This document shows, one piece after another, positions 1 to 8,001 of a stretch of DNA of 44,546 nucleotides. The position numbers and the translations under genes are program-made. Below the pieces are notes generated by a model. That model worked only from the letters and a program-made list of their open reading frames with translations, was not told the DNA's origin and ran no database searches. Source of the DNA: an uncultured Armatimonadales bacterium (GTDB lineage Bacteria; Armatimonadota; Armatimonadia; Armatimonadales; Capsulimonadaceae); assembly GCA_964247915.1 (NCBI GenBank), contig CAXTWM010000001.1:1-44546 (forward strand), in the 5' to 3' direction. Numbering within the stretch: the first letter of the stretch is position 1; the number at the start of each line of letters is the position of its first letter.

Positions 1-108
1 GCTGGGACGTGGGGACCCGAGGCCGCCGACGCCCTCCTCGCCCGGACGGGCCACGCCTGGAAGAGCGGCAGCGCCCCCGCCCCCTTCTATCTGACGGAGC
101 AGGAGTGA
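1..108 (+). CDS. 3' end of unidentified gene (partial, continues left of window)
   Basis: Frame 1 is open from base 1 to TGA at 106-108 (...APAPFYLTEQE*). Third positions are G/C-rich like the host-type DNA. Only 35 aa are visible and no motif is recognisable. Confidence 0.3.
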   Translation, partial: AGTWGPEAADALLARTGHAWKSGSAPAPFYLTEQE

Positions 109-119
109 AGCCCTGTTGC

Positions 120-959
120 TTAAGAATCTATTTCTGGAGATCGCAAAAGCCAGTATAAGGCCCTTTGCAGGCCTGTGGGCGATTTTTGAGATAGCTTCTT
201 GAACGTTTGCAGGATGTGTCTTTTTAGCTCAACGAACTCCTGAGACGTTGTAAAGTCTATGCTTCGGGGACGTGGTAAGGTTACCCTAATATCTTCTTGA
301 ACCCGACCTGGGCGTGCTGAGAGGATGAACAGCCGATCCGCAAGTAATATGGCCTCATCAATATCATGGGTCACAAAAACGATTGTTCGATGCGAGCGAT
401 CCCAGATTTCAAGTAATAGTTCCTGCATGGTGATCTTCGTTTGAGCATCTAATGAGCCAAACGGTTCATCCATTAGCATCACCGCCGGGTCATTCGCGAG
501 TGCTCTGGCGATGCCCACTCGTTGCTTCATGCCTCCAGACAGAGTAGCGGAATAATTATCTTCAAAGCCATTCAATCCCACACGTTTGATAAGTGCTTCT
601 GCAATAATTCGGCGTTCATCCTTTGATACACCCATCATTTTGGGGCCAAACTCTACATTTTTACGCACCGTCTTCCAGGGGAAGACGGCATGTTCTTGGA
701 ACACAACTCCTATTTGGGGATCAGGTCCTTTTAGGGCTAGGTCATCCACCAGTATTTCTCCAGATGTAGCTTTGAGAAATCCGCCTAATAGATTCAACAA
801 GGTTGATTTGCCGCACCCCGTCGGCCCCAAGATACAAACAAACTCACCTGGAAAAATCGTGAAGCTAACATCATTGAGAGCGAGAAGGGGCTTCCTTCCA
901 GGATAGCTATACGTCATACTGGTTACTTCGATTTTACCTTTGACGGCCATGTCCCTCAT
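120..959 (-). CDS. ABC transporter ATP-binding protein, NitT/TauT (nitrate/sulfonate/taurine-like) family
   Basis: Walker A GPTGCGKST, signature LSGGMKQRV, Walker B MLMDEPFGSLD and H-loop VTHD are present, with an SsuB/TauB-like overall pattern. ATG at 959 (alternative ATG at 950). Confidence 0.9.
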   Translation of the reverse strand: MRDMAVKGKIEVTSMTYSYPGRKPLLALNDVSFTIFPGEFVCILGPTGCGKSTLLNLLGGFLKATSGEILVDDLALKGPDPQIGVVFQEHAVFPWKTVRKNVEFGPKMMGVSKDERRIIAEALIKRVGLNGFEDNYSATLSGGMKQRVGIARALANDPAVMLMDEPFGSLDAQTKITMQELLLEIWDRSHRTIVFVTHDIDEAILLADRLFILSARPGRVQEDIRVTLPRPRSIDFTTSQEFVELKRHILQTFKKLSQKSPTGLQRALYWLLRSPEIDS

Positions 960-963
960 ACAA

Positions 964-1743
964 TCAGTACTTACTCGCAGAGTTCCACGGGAAGAGTAAA
1001 GAAGTCAATTTTGTGAAGATCGCATCTGCCGAGGCTCCGAGAAGGCCAAGAACAACCAAATCTACCATCATTTTGTCAACTCTGAAATCCGCATCAGCCT
1101 CCGAAATACGATAACCAACACCAGCCGAAGCTCCCGTCATTTCAGCCGCAACCAAGACCGTAAAGGCTACCGAGATACTAAGGCGCGCTCCCGCTATGAT
1201 AAAGGGCGTGGCAGATGGCAATACTACCTCAAATAGAACATCCTTGTTTTTTGCTCCCATGCTTTTCGCTGCCCAGATGTAAACCTGGTCAACATGACCT
1301 ACTCCGAGATGTGTATTGATCCAAATGGGAAAGAAGGCGGCCCAGGCGATCAAAAAGATTTTTGGCGTCTCTCCTAACCCAAACCAGACAATCGTTAAGG
1401 ATATGAATGCGATGGCAGGAATAGGACGGAAAAGGTTTATGATGCGCCCCAGTGTCACGCTGAAAAAGTGGATGCGCCCCGTTAGGCACCCAATTATAAT
1501 GCCCAGCGTCGTGCCAATCGCATAACCTAATGCGACTCGTTGAAAACTTGCCGCAATGTCTGCGCTAAGTTGATGCAACTTAAGCATGGCTAAAAAAGTT
1601 AAGAATAATTGACTGGGGCATGGATAAAGACTAGTGTTAAAGTGGCCGATGCGAGCGATTAACTCCCAGGAAAGTAAAAGAAGCAGCAACGATGCTAAAG
1701 TTAAAACGTAGTCAAAGTTCTTGCCTCTGAGTTTGTCTAGCAT
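964..1743 (-). CDS. ABC transporter permease, NitT/TauT family
   Basis: Multi-TM ORF with an EAA-type loop (AAKSMGAKNKDVLFEVVLPSATPFIIAG). The track start at 1749 is TTG; the first ATG is at 1743. It lies 5 nt upstream of the ATPase gene. Confidence 0.85.
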   Translation of the reverse strand: MLDKLRGKNFDYVLTLASLLLLLLSWELIARIGHFNTSLYPCPSQLFLTFLAMLKLHQLSADIAASFQRVALGYAIGTTLGIIIGCLTGRIHFFSVTLGRIINLFRPIPAIAFISLTIVWFGLGETPKIFLIAWAAFFPIWINTHLGVGHVDQVYIWAAKSMGAKNKDVLFEVVLPSATPFIIAGARLSISVAFTVLVAAEMTGASAGVGYRISEADADFRVDKMMVDLVVLGLLGASADAIFTKLTSLLFPWNSASKY

Positions 1744-1780
1744 TATCAAATTTTACAGCGTTCAATCCATGTAGCCGAAG

Positions 1781-2980
1781 CTATCCAGTTGGTGGCGCGG
1801 GGTCTGTCGGTGGCGCGGGGTCTGTCGGTGGCGCGGGGTCTGTCGGTGGCACGGAGGCTGTGAGCGGTAATAGAACCTGCTCATGCTGTGCTAAATAATA
1901 TGGATGAATAAGCATCCTAAAGAACTCAATCTCTTCGTGATCCGTCAGAGCACGTCCACCGGCAAGAACAACTTTATTCTCTAATAAATCTTCATGATAG
2001 GAAATCACCGCAGAATGATTATCAGCGATAATTATTCCAAGTGGAGGAATCCCTGAAGTTGAAAATTTGGGATTGTAGTTGCATTTCTTGTCAGCAAGGT
2101 ACTTTGCCACGCAGCCTTCATTCCAAGAATGAAAGAATACATGTTTATAAGCATTAGGGGTTTGCTGTCGTCCTTCTTCCACCTGCTTTTTCTTCTTGTC
2201 TAAATGCTCCTCAATGTCTTCCACCGCTTGTTTATACACACCTTCGGGATTCTCGCGCGAATCGAAGGGGATATGTTTCCCTAAAGCATTAGCCTTTAGA
2301 TCGTGAAATGCTTCTGAGTCTGTTTTAGAGCACAAAGCAATTCTAACTTTATATTCGGGATTTGTTCTAGCATGGCCTAACAATTCATCCAACTTACGAC
2401 TCAGAACTATCCCATACCGATCTAGAAGCAAACGATTGTTGTCTCTGATAGCCGATGCGTAACCGATGCTGGGTGTTAATGAGATAAATATTAACTCCTT
2501 GTTGGCCTTTCGTATTACATCAATAGCTTCCCTCATAACAGAAACTTCATCATTCAGCGATCTGCGTAGGGTGAAGAGAACGGAAATCGAAAGCGCCAAA
2601 CCCACGATGGAGATTGTGCCGAAGACAATACTGAGGGACGTACCCACATCAGATGTTAGTTTCACCCGAAGCGGCCCGTGTAGCGGCCAGATTACAATTG
2701 CCCCAATAGCAAGGACAAACAGACATGGCAGAATGATTGCTATCCAATACCTACGCTTGGGATCTGGGATTGGCTGCCTCGTCTTATATTGCCAAAAACC
2801 CACTACCAGCAACCAAAAAAATATAAGTAACAAGATCACGGAAGCAAAAACGACATCGGACTCACATGTCCAAAACACAAAGAAAGGAGCTAACACAGTG
2901 ATGAGTATGAAGAACAGCCAAATTGCTCTTCTCCAAGTAAACTCTTTGATTGACAGCCAACGCGACACTTTATTAGGCAT
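1781..2980 (-). CDS. Unknown membrane protein (about 4 N-terminal TM helices, ~250-aa soluble domain, C-terminal PPTDPA x3 tail)
   Basis: 399-aa ORF with ATG at 2980, lying between the SBP and permease genes of the ABC operon. It has hydrophobic stretches in the first ~150 aa. I recognise no catalytic motif. Confidence 0.6.
   Translation of the reverse strand: MPNKVSRWLSIKEFTWRRAIWLFFILITVLAPFFVFWTCESDVVFASVILLLIFFWLLVVGFWQYKTRQPIPDPKRRYWIAIILPCLFVLAIGAIVIWPLHGPLRVKLTSDVGTSLSIVFGTISIVGLALSISVLFTLRRSLNDEVSVMREAIDVIRKANKELIFISLTPSIGYASAIRDNNRLLLDRYGIVLSRKLDELLGHARTNPEYKVRIALCSKTDSEAFHDLKANALGKHIPFDSRENPEGVYKQAVEDIEEHLDKKKKQVEEGRQQTPNAYKHVFFHSWNEGCVAKYLADKKCNYNPKFSTSGIPPLGIIIADNHSAVISYHEDLLENKVVLAGGRALTDHEEIEFFRMLIHPYYLAQHEQVLLPLTASVPPTDPAPPTDPAPPTDPAPPTG
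1791..1854. repeat. Perfect 18-bp tandem repeat GGTGGCGCGGGGTCTGTC x3 plus a 10-bp partial copy
   Basis: Read directly: identical copies at 1791-1808, 1809-1826 and 1827-1844, then ggtggcacgg. On the minus strand it encodes (PPTDPA)n at the C-terminus of the 1781-2980 ORF. The unit is very GC-rich inside an AT-rich gene. Confidence 0.95.
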
Positions 2981-2989
2981 GTTGTTAAT

Positions 2990-3970
2990 CTATTTGTGGT
3001 TCAAGCCATCCAGCGGCTCATCAAGAATGAAATCCTTATAGTTGGGCAGCACTGCATTTTGCGGTGCAATGTTGTTCGCCTTCGCCCAGCGACCTTCATC
3101 TTGCAGAGAGGTCAGAAGGGATGGGTTAAGGACAACCTCATAGTTGTAGTTGTCCCACAGGCGAGTGAGCACTTCCGGTTCCATACCGCTATCCCTGGCA
3201 ACGATTTGAATAGCTTCTGCTCGGTTAGTTTTCATGAACATTTCCGATTTCATAAGGGAAGCAAGAAGGTTTTTCAACGCCGCTGGGTTAGATTTAGCGA
3301 AGTCACGGGAGACGACCACGTTGAACTTAGGTTGGTAAGTATTTTTGCTGGAAATAATAGTGACTTTGTTACCTAATGCCTTCTGAGCACGATAAGCAAA
3401 AGGTTCCCAGCAGAAGAATCCATCAACATCGCCGTGTGCCAGTGCCGCAACCATGTCGGGCGGACGTAGATTTACGACCTTAACGTCTGTGATATCTAAC
3501 CCTTTAGCACGGAGGTAGGAATACATCCAGTAATCTCCAGAAGTCCCGTGCGCGACGGCTAAAGTTTTACCTTTCAGGCTAGGAGTACCGTTCAGGATTG
3601 CTTTCTTCGCAAGCACAAGTTTAAGTGGGGACTCGGTCACTGTTGCGATTATGTAGAAGTTTTGGTTCTGAAACGCCGCCAAAGCCAAAGGAGTTTCTGC
3701 CACCATCGCAACGGGTGCTTTTCCTCCTAGCAGAGCATCCAAAGCGAGCCTCCCTGATGCGAAAGGCACAAGCTTAGCATTAAGCCCCGCCTGAGAGAGA
3801 AAGCCTTTATCGTTGGCAACGAACAGAGGCCCGCCATCAGGTCCCGTTGATGAGGCGATGGTCAGACTTGTGGCTGTTGGAGGATGCTCATGCGTACCAT
3901 GACATCCGTATGTGCCAGCAAGAACGAGGGGCATGACTAATGCCATAAAGATGGTTCGGATTATCTTCAT
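2990..3970 (-). CDS. ABC transporter substrate-binding protein (NMT1/SsuA-like), probable lipoprotein
   Basis: 326 aa with a signal peptide ending ...LVLAGTYGC. It has an SsuA/NMT1-type periplasmic binding pattern (GKTLAVAHGTSGDYW, DGFFCWEPF). It is the first gene of the low-GC operon. Confidence 0.85.
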   Translation of the reverse strand: MKIIRTIFMALVMPLVLAGTYGCHGTHEHPPTATSLTIASSTGPDGGPLFVANDKGFLSQAGLNAKLVPFASGRLALDALLGGKAPVAMVAETPLALAAFQNQNFYIIATVTESPLKLVLAKKAILNGTPSLKGKTLAVAHGTSGDYWMYSYLRAKGLDITDVKVVNLRPPDMVAALAHGDVDGFFCWEPFAYRAQKALGNKVTIISSKNTYQPKFNVVVSRDFAKSNPAALKNLLASLMKSEMFMKTNRAEAIQIVARDSGMEPEVLTRLWDNYNYEVVLNPSLLTSLQDEGRWAKANNIAPQNAVLPNYKDFILDEPLDGLNHK

Positions 3971-4038
3971 TCTATCTCTTGTAAGGACGCGGGTTTGTTA
4001 CCAGGCGCAAGTTTCAGTATGGCCGCCGTTAGTACCCT

Positions 4039-4047
4039 ATAATACCA
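4039..4047 (-). promoter_or_regulatory. Candidate extended -10 (TGGTATTAT) for the low-GC ABC operon
   Basis: The minus strand reads TGGTATTAT about 70 nt upstream of the SBP ATG at 3970, in an AT-rich spacer. I found no convincing -35. Confidence 0.3.
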
Positions 4048-4128
4048 TACAAAGCATAGGTACATACATTCTTTGAACAACTTTTTTGAACTTTTGTTGA
4101 CATCAAACGGACGACCGCTTTTGTCGGA

Positions 4129-4157
4129 TTGACAACCCTAAGACGACGTGTTATCAT
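4129..4157 (+). promoter_or_regulatory. Candidate sigma70-type promoter TTGACA-N17-TATCAT facing the cupin operon
   Basis: TTGACA at 4129-4134, a 17-nt spacer, then TATCAT at 4152-4157. It sits at the right edge of the low-GC island. A second TTGACA lies at 4097-4102. Confidence 0.35.
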
Positions 4158-4222
4158 GCTTAACGTTGCTCTTGCCATGCTGGCGAGAAGGCGGTGTGAT
4201 GGCGCAGCAGTACGGATAGGTC

Positions 4223-4477
4223 CACGAGCAGTGGAACCCGGAGATCAAGCTGCGTCAGGCGGCGGTCGAGCGGCTGGCGGCGGAATATCACGCTCCGGTC
4301 CTGCATTTCCAGAAGATGTTCGACGGGGCCATTACATACTCAAAGCAGCCGGCGACTTTTTGGGTCTGGAACGGCATCCACCCCAATTGCGTGGGGCATC
4401 AACTCACAGCGGATGAGTGGCTGCGGATGGTCAACCGATTTCACCCCGGCCGGACGGTGCGGAAGGAGTCAAAATGA
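4223..4477 (+). pseudogene. 5'-truncated remnant of an SGNH/GDSL hydrolase gene
   Basis: The frame with codons starting at 4223 reads HEQWNPEIKLRQAAVERLAAEYHAPVLHFQKMFDGAITYSKQPATFWVWNGIHPNCVGHQLTADEWLRMV...ESK*. This is the C-terminal block V (DGIHP..GH) of SGNH hydrolases. An in-frame TAG at 4217-4219 and AT-rich non-coding DNA lie just upstream, so about 120 N-terminal residues are missing. Its TGA overlaps the cupin ATG (ATGA). Confidence 0.5.
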
Positions 4478-4929
4478 CCATCGCAGACCTGGCCGAGATC
4501 GCGGGGCGCGTCTACCCCTCCCGGCGGCGGACGCAGAACCTCGTCGGCGGCGCGTCGCCGATCCAGGCCGAGAGCTTCAGCCTGGGCTTCGTCACGCTGG
4601 AGCCGGACGGCGGGCAGGTGCCGTGGCACAACCAGGATCAGGAGGAGGTCTACTTCGTACTGGAAGGGACGGGGGAGATGTGTCTGGGCGTGGAACGCCA
4701 AACCGTCACATCCGGTCAGGCCGTCTTCATCCCGCCCGGCGTCTTCCACCAGATGACGAATTTGGGGCCGACGCCCCTCCGAATGCTGTATTGTTACGGC
4801 CCCGCCGGGGACGTGGCCCACTGGCGGCAGGAACTCGACGGCACCCTGCCGAAAGAGGGCGTGGACGCCCCGCCCCTGCCCGCAGGCGCGCGGCCCCAGC
4901 ACACGCAGACGTTCCCAAAGGAGGGCTAG
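4474..4929 (+). CDS. Cupin-domain protein
   Basis: Cupin_2 motifs (PWHNQDQEEVYFVLEGTGEM...AVFIPPGVFHQMTN). The ATG at 4474 is preceded by AAGGAG. The upstream part of the track ORF (4417-4473) is the SGNH remnant region. Confidence 0.8.
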   Translation: MTIADLAEIAGRVYPSRRRTQNLVGGASPIQAESFSLGFVTLEPDGGQVPWHNQDQEEVYFVLEGTGEMCLGVERQTVTSGQAVFIPPGVFHQMTNLGPTPLRMLYCYGPAGDVAHWRQELDGTLPKEGVDAPPLPAGARPQHTQTFPKEG

Positions 4930-4935
4930 TCACTC

Positions 4936-6105
4936 ATGTCCACGGACACACCCGGCGTGACAAACATCGGGGTCATCATGAACGGCGTCACGGGCCGCAT
5001 GGGGACGAACCAGCACCTCCTGCGCTCGGTCGCCGCCATCCGCCAGGCGGGCGGCCTCCGCGTCGGCGACGCCCAGGTCATCATGCCGGAGCCTCTGTTG
5101 GTCGGGCGCAATGCCGCCAAGCTGGAGCGGCTGGCGCGCGAGGCCGGCGGCGTCGCCTGGACGACCGACCTGGACGCCGCCCTGTCCGACCCGGACAACT
5201 CGGTCTACTTCGACGCCCAACTGACCAACCTGCGCGTCCCCGCCGTCGAGAAGGCCGTCGCGGCGGGCAAGCACGTCTACTGCGAGAAGCCCACCGCCAC
5301 CAGCACGGCGGACGCCTATCGTCTTTACAAATTAGCAAAAGAAGCGGGAATCAAGCACGGCGTCGTGCAGGACAAGCTCTGGCTGCCCGGCCTCCGCAAG
5401 CTGAAACTGCTGATCGAGACCGGCTTCTTCGGCGAAATCCTGTCCGTCCGGGGCGAGTTCGGCTACTGGGTGTTCACGGGCGAAGACTCCATCCCGCCGC
5501 AGCGCCCGTCCTGGAACTACAAAAAAGAGGAAGGGGGCGGCATCATCGTGGACATGCTCTGCCACTGGCGATACGTCCTGGATGACCTATTTGGGCCGGT
5601 GCAGAGCGTTTCCTGTCTCGGCGCCACCCACGTCAAGGGGCGCCGGGACGAGCAGGGCCGGCCTTACACCTGTACCGCCGACGACTCGGCCTACGCCACG
5701 TTCCAGCTTGCGGGCGGCATCGTCGCCCACTTCAACTCCTCCTGGTGTGTCCGCGTAGGCCGGGACGACCTGCTGACGCTTCAGGTAGACGGCACCAAAG
5801 GGTCCGCCGTCGCCGGGCTGCGCGACTGCGTCATCCAGCCCTACGCCGCCACGCCGCGCCCCGTCTGGAACCCGGACATAGAAAGCCCGATCAACTACAA
5901 AGCGGGCTGGGAGCGGATGCCCGCCAACCAGGTCTTTGACAACGCCTTCAAAGCCGAATGGGAGCTGTTCCTGCGTCACGTCGTCGAGGGCGGCCCCTTC
6001 CCCTGGGACCTGTTGGCCGGGGCACGCGGCGTCCAACTGGCCGAAGCGGGCATCGAGTCCTGGCACAAGCGCGCCTGGGTGGACCTGACGGACCTACCCG
6101 CTTAG
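4936..6105 (+). CDS. Gfo/Idh/MocA-family NAD(P)-dependent oxidoreductase
   Basis: N-terminal Rossmann segment (IGVIMNGVTGRMG), the conserved YCEKP motif, and a C-terminal alpha/beta dimerisation domain. 389 aa. Confidence 0.9.
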   Translation: MSTDTPGVTNIGVIMNGVTGRMGTNQHLLRSVAAIRQAGGLRVGDAQVIMPEPLLVGRNAAKLERLAREAGGVAWTTDLDAALSDPDNSVYFDAQLTNLRVPAVEKAVAAGKHVYCEKPTATSTADAYRLYKLAKEAGIKHGVVQDKLWLPGLRKLKLLIETGFFGEILSVRGEFGYWVFTGEDSIPPQRPSWNYKKEEGGGIIVDMLCHWRYVLDDLFGPVQSVSCLGATHVKGRRDEQGRPYTCTADDSAYATFQLAGGIVAHFNSSWCVRVGRDDLLTLQVDGTKGSAVAGLRDCVIQPYAATPRPVWNPDIESPINYKAGWERMPANQVFDNAFKAEWELFLRHVVEGGPFPWDLLAGARGVQLAEAGIESWHKRAWVDLTDLPA

Positions 6106-6115
6106 AAGGTGCTAT

Positions 6116-6565
6116 ATGAGTTTAGGCGTCCATGTTTACTATCTTGACGAGTCCGGCCAAGAACAGGGGCTTCACAGTGTTGATTGGAAATCCGCTCAGG
6201 GACGCTGGAAAGCCCAAGGGCTATCGCCAGCGGAAATGAACGCTGAGGGTTCTCGTCTCCTCAAAGAGCATGAGCATTGGCGGACGCTTGCAGGGCCTGA
6301 AAAGTGGCGGACCGAGATATATGGATCACCTGTTGCCCGTTCTCTAGGGCTGACGCTACTCCCCACGCTCGCTGAGACGGACATTTACGCTGAAGGGGAG
6401 GACCTGGAGGTATTGGGACGTGAGATTGAAACGCTGATTCAGAACATCAGCCTCATAGCCCCGGACCGAGAAGATCAATGGAAACATGCCTTGGAACGTT
6501 TCCAAAACATCGCGAATGCCGTTGTGGAAGCCAAAGCTCTCAACGGCAGGGTTGTCATCTGGTAG
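6116..6565 (+). CDS. Hypothetical protein (149 aa), visibly lower GC than flanking genes
   Basis: ATG at 6116 with GAAGGTG upstream. It fits between operon genes with 10-nt and 5-nt gaps. It has no TM segment and no motif I recognise. Confidence 0.55.
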   Translation: MSLGVHVYYLDESGQEQGLHSVDWKSAQGRWKAQGLSPAEMNAEGSRLLKEHEHWRTLAGPEKWRTEIYGSPVARSLGLTLLPTLAETDIYAEGEDLEVLGREIETLIQNISLIAPDREDQWKHALERFQNIANAVVEAKALNGRVVIW

Positions 6566-6570
6566 AAAAA

Positions 6571-7512
6571 ATGAACCTCACGGATATACACGCGCGCCGC
6601 AAGCCAGGGCGCAAAGTCACCGGCATGGCCGCCGTGCTGCTGCCGTTCACCGAGCGCGGCGGCATCGCCGAGGACGCCTTCGCGGCCTGCCTACAAGACA
6701 CGGTGGCGGCGGGCCTGACGCCCGCCGTCAACATGGACACGGGCTATGTCAATCTGCTGACCGATGGGGAGAAGGCGCGCGTTCTGGCGCTGACCCGGCA
6801 GGCATTGAGCGGCGCTCCCTTTGTCGCGGGCGCGTACATCGAGGGGCAGGACGGGGAGGTGACGGACCTGTACCGGCGCGAGATCGCCCGCATCACCGAG
6901 CATGGCGGCACACCCATCTTCTGCCAGACCGCCCGCCTCCACGATGTCCCCCCGTCAAAGGTCGTGGACACCTACGCTGCCGCCTCGGCGGGGGTGGAAA
7001 CGGTGTACGCCTTTGAGCTGGGCAAGATGTTCGCCCCGAACGGCGAAATCTGGTCGGACGACGTGTTTGCGGGCCTGCTGCAAGTGCCGCAGATCAAGGG
7101 CATGAAGCATTCCAGCCTGGACCGCGTGCGCGAGATCGAGCGGCTGGCGACGCGCGACCGCCTCCGGCCCGACTTCCAGATCTTCACCGGCAACGACCTG
7201 GGCATTGACATGATCGAGTACGGCAGCGACTACCTGCTGGGCCTGGCGGCGTTTGCGCCCGCCAAGTTCGCCGAGCGGGATCGGCTGTGGGCTGCCCAGG
7301 ATACGAGTTATCTTGCCCTCGCCGACGCCTTGCAGTTTCTCGGCAACATCGCCTTCCGCCCACCCGTCCCCGCCTACAAGCACTCGGCGGCCATCTTCCT
7401 GCACCTGACGGGTAAAATTCCCACCGACCGGACGCACCCCCGCGCCCCAGAGCGCCCGCCCTGGGAGCGCGAACTGCTGACCTCCTGCGCCCAGCGCCTT
7501 GGACTGCTTTAG
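6571..7512 (+). CDS. Dihydrodipicolinate synthase/N-acetylneuraminate lyase (DapA) superfamily protein
   Basis: From the ATG at 6571: MNLTDIHARRK...GMAAVLLPFTERGGIAEDAFAACLQDTVAAGLTPAVNMDTG. This is the TIM-barrel class I aldolase family pattern. The track ORF start at 6478 overlaps the previous gene. Confidence 0.75.
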   Translation: MNLTDIHARRKPGRKVTGMAAVLLPFTERGGIAEDAFAACLQDTVAAGLTPAVNMDTGYVNLLTDGEKARVLALTRQALSGAPFVAGAYIEGQDGEVTDLYRREIARITEHGGTPIFCQTARLHDVPPSKVVDTYAAASAGVETVYAFELGKMFAPNGEIWSDDVFAGLLQVPQIKGMKHSSLDRVREIERLATRDRLRPDFQIFTGNDLGIDMIEYGSDYLLGLAAFAPAKFAERDRLWAAQDTSYLALADALQFLGNIAFRPPVPAYKHSAAIFLHLTGKIPTDRTHPRAPERPPWERELLTSCAQRLGLL

Positions 7513-7555
7513 TTCGTATGTTGAACGGTTAGCTTGGATGTGAAAGGCGAGTGCT

Positions 7556-7966
7556 ATGTCGGATGGTCGCGAGGGGGAGCCTTCACGCACACGATATTCT
7601 TTTAATGCTCGCACTTTCGTAGCGCGAGCGCGACCCAAGATCGTGTCGGAGAAGCCCGACAAAGTGGGCGTCATCCTCACGGGGATGGTCTGGCTGCTGC
7701 TGATGTCGGCCTCCCTGTCAGTCGGAATGTGCGTCGGGCTATTTGTCTCCTACTTTGCGCCCCTGTGGGTAGCAATCGCGGCTTGCCTGGTAGCGTCTGT
7801 GATCACAGGAGTATTACTAGGTCGCTCGCTTGAGGGGGAAGCAATAGGCATAATTGTGGCGTTGCTGGTCGTGATTTTGACGGCCTTTATTTTGTTTCCA
7901 ACAATTATGAAAGTACGAGCTAACGTACTCCGGGTTCAGGCGCACCAACACCAGGGGACGCACTGA
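7556..7966 (+). CDS. Hypothetical small membrane protein (3-4 TM)
   Basis: 136-aa ORF in an AT-richer patch, with AAAGG upstream of the ATG at 7556 and long hydrophobic runs. No homology is recognisable. Confidence 0.45.
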   Translation: MSDGREGEPSRTRYSFNARTFVARARPKIVSEKPDKVGVILTGMVWLLLMSASLSVGMCVGLFVSYFAPLWVAIAACLVASVITGVLLGRSLEGEAIGIIVALLVVILTAFILFPTIMKVRANVLRVQAHQHQGTH

Positions 7967-8001
7967 AGCGTTACCTAACGTATCACCGTAAACGCTTGCT
8001 T

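Larger units (their letters stand above)
109..4160. other. Low-GC compositional island carrying a 4-gene ABC-importer operon
   Basis: Base composition switches abruptly to AT-rich immediately after the stop at 108 and back to GC-rich around 4160. All four genes inside are on the minus strand. Boundaries were judged by eye, not computed. Confidence 0.6.

Noticed and set aside
1791-1854. Tandem repeats (also 25833-25872 and 21819-21852) considered as a possible CRISPR array.
   Set aside because: The units are contiguous or separated by 2 nt with no unique spacers, two of the three lie within coding sequence, and no cas genes are in the window.
114-4168. Short shared sequence TGCTTAA/GTTGCT near both edges of the low-GC island, considered as a possible target-site duplication.
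   Set aside because: Only 6-7 bp match and the copies are not precisely positioned at the composition boundaries, so chance easily explains it.
4129-4416. 95-aa ORF across the island junction.
   Set aside because: A different frame of the same DNA gives a clean SGNH block V sequence. This ORF's product is Ala/Arg/Gly-rich, and it begins inside the candidate promoter.
4413-5585. Long alternative-frame and antisense ORFs throughout the high-GC DNA. Examples: 4413-5585, 8977-10077, 13372-14469, 18260-19276, 22605-23978, 23890-25125, 27284-28468, 29489-30364, 30867-31745, 32942-33868, 36639-38294, 41520-43271.
   Set aside because: They overlap ORFs with clear family motifs. Their translations are Arg/Ala/Gly/Pro-rich low-complexity strings, typical of stop-poor out-of-frame reading in GC-rich DNA, and they contain no recognisable motifs.
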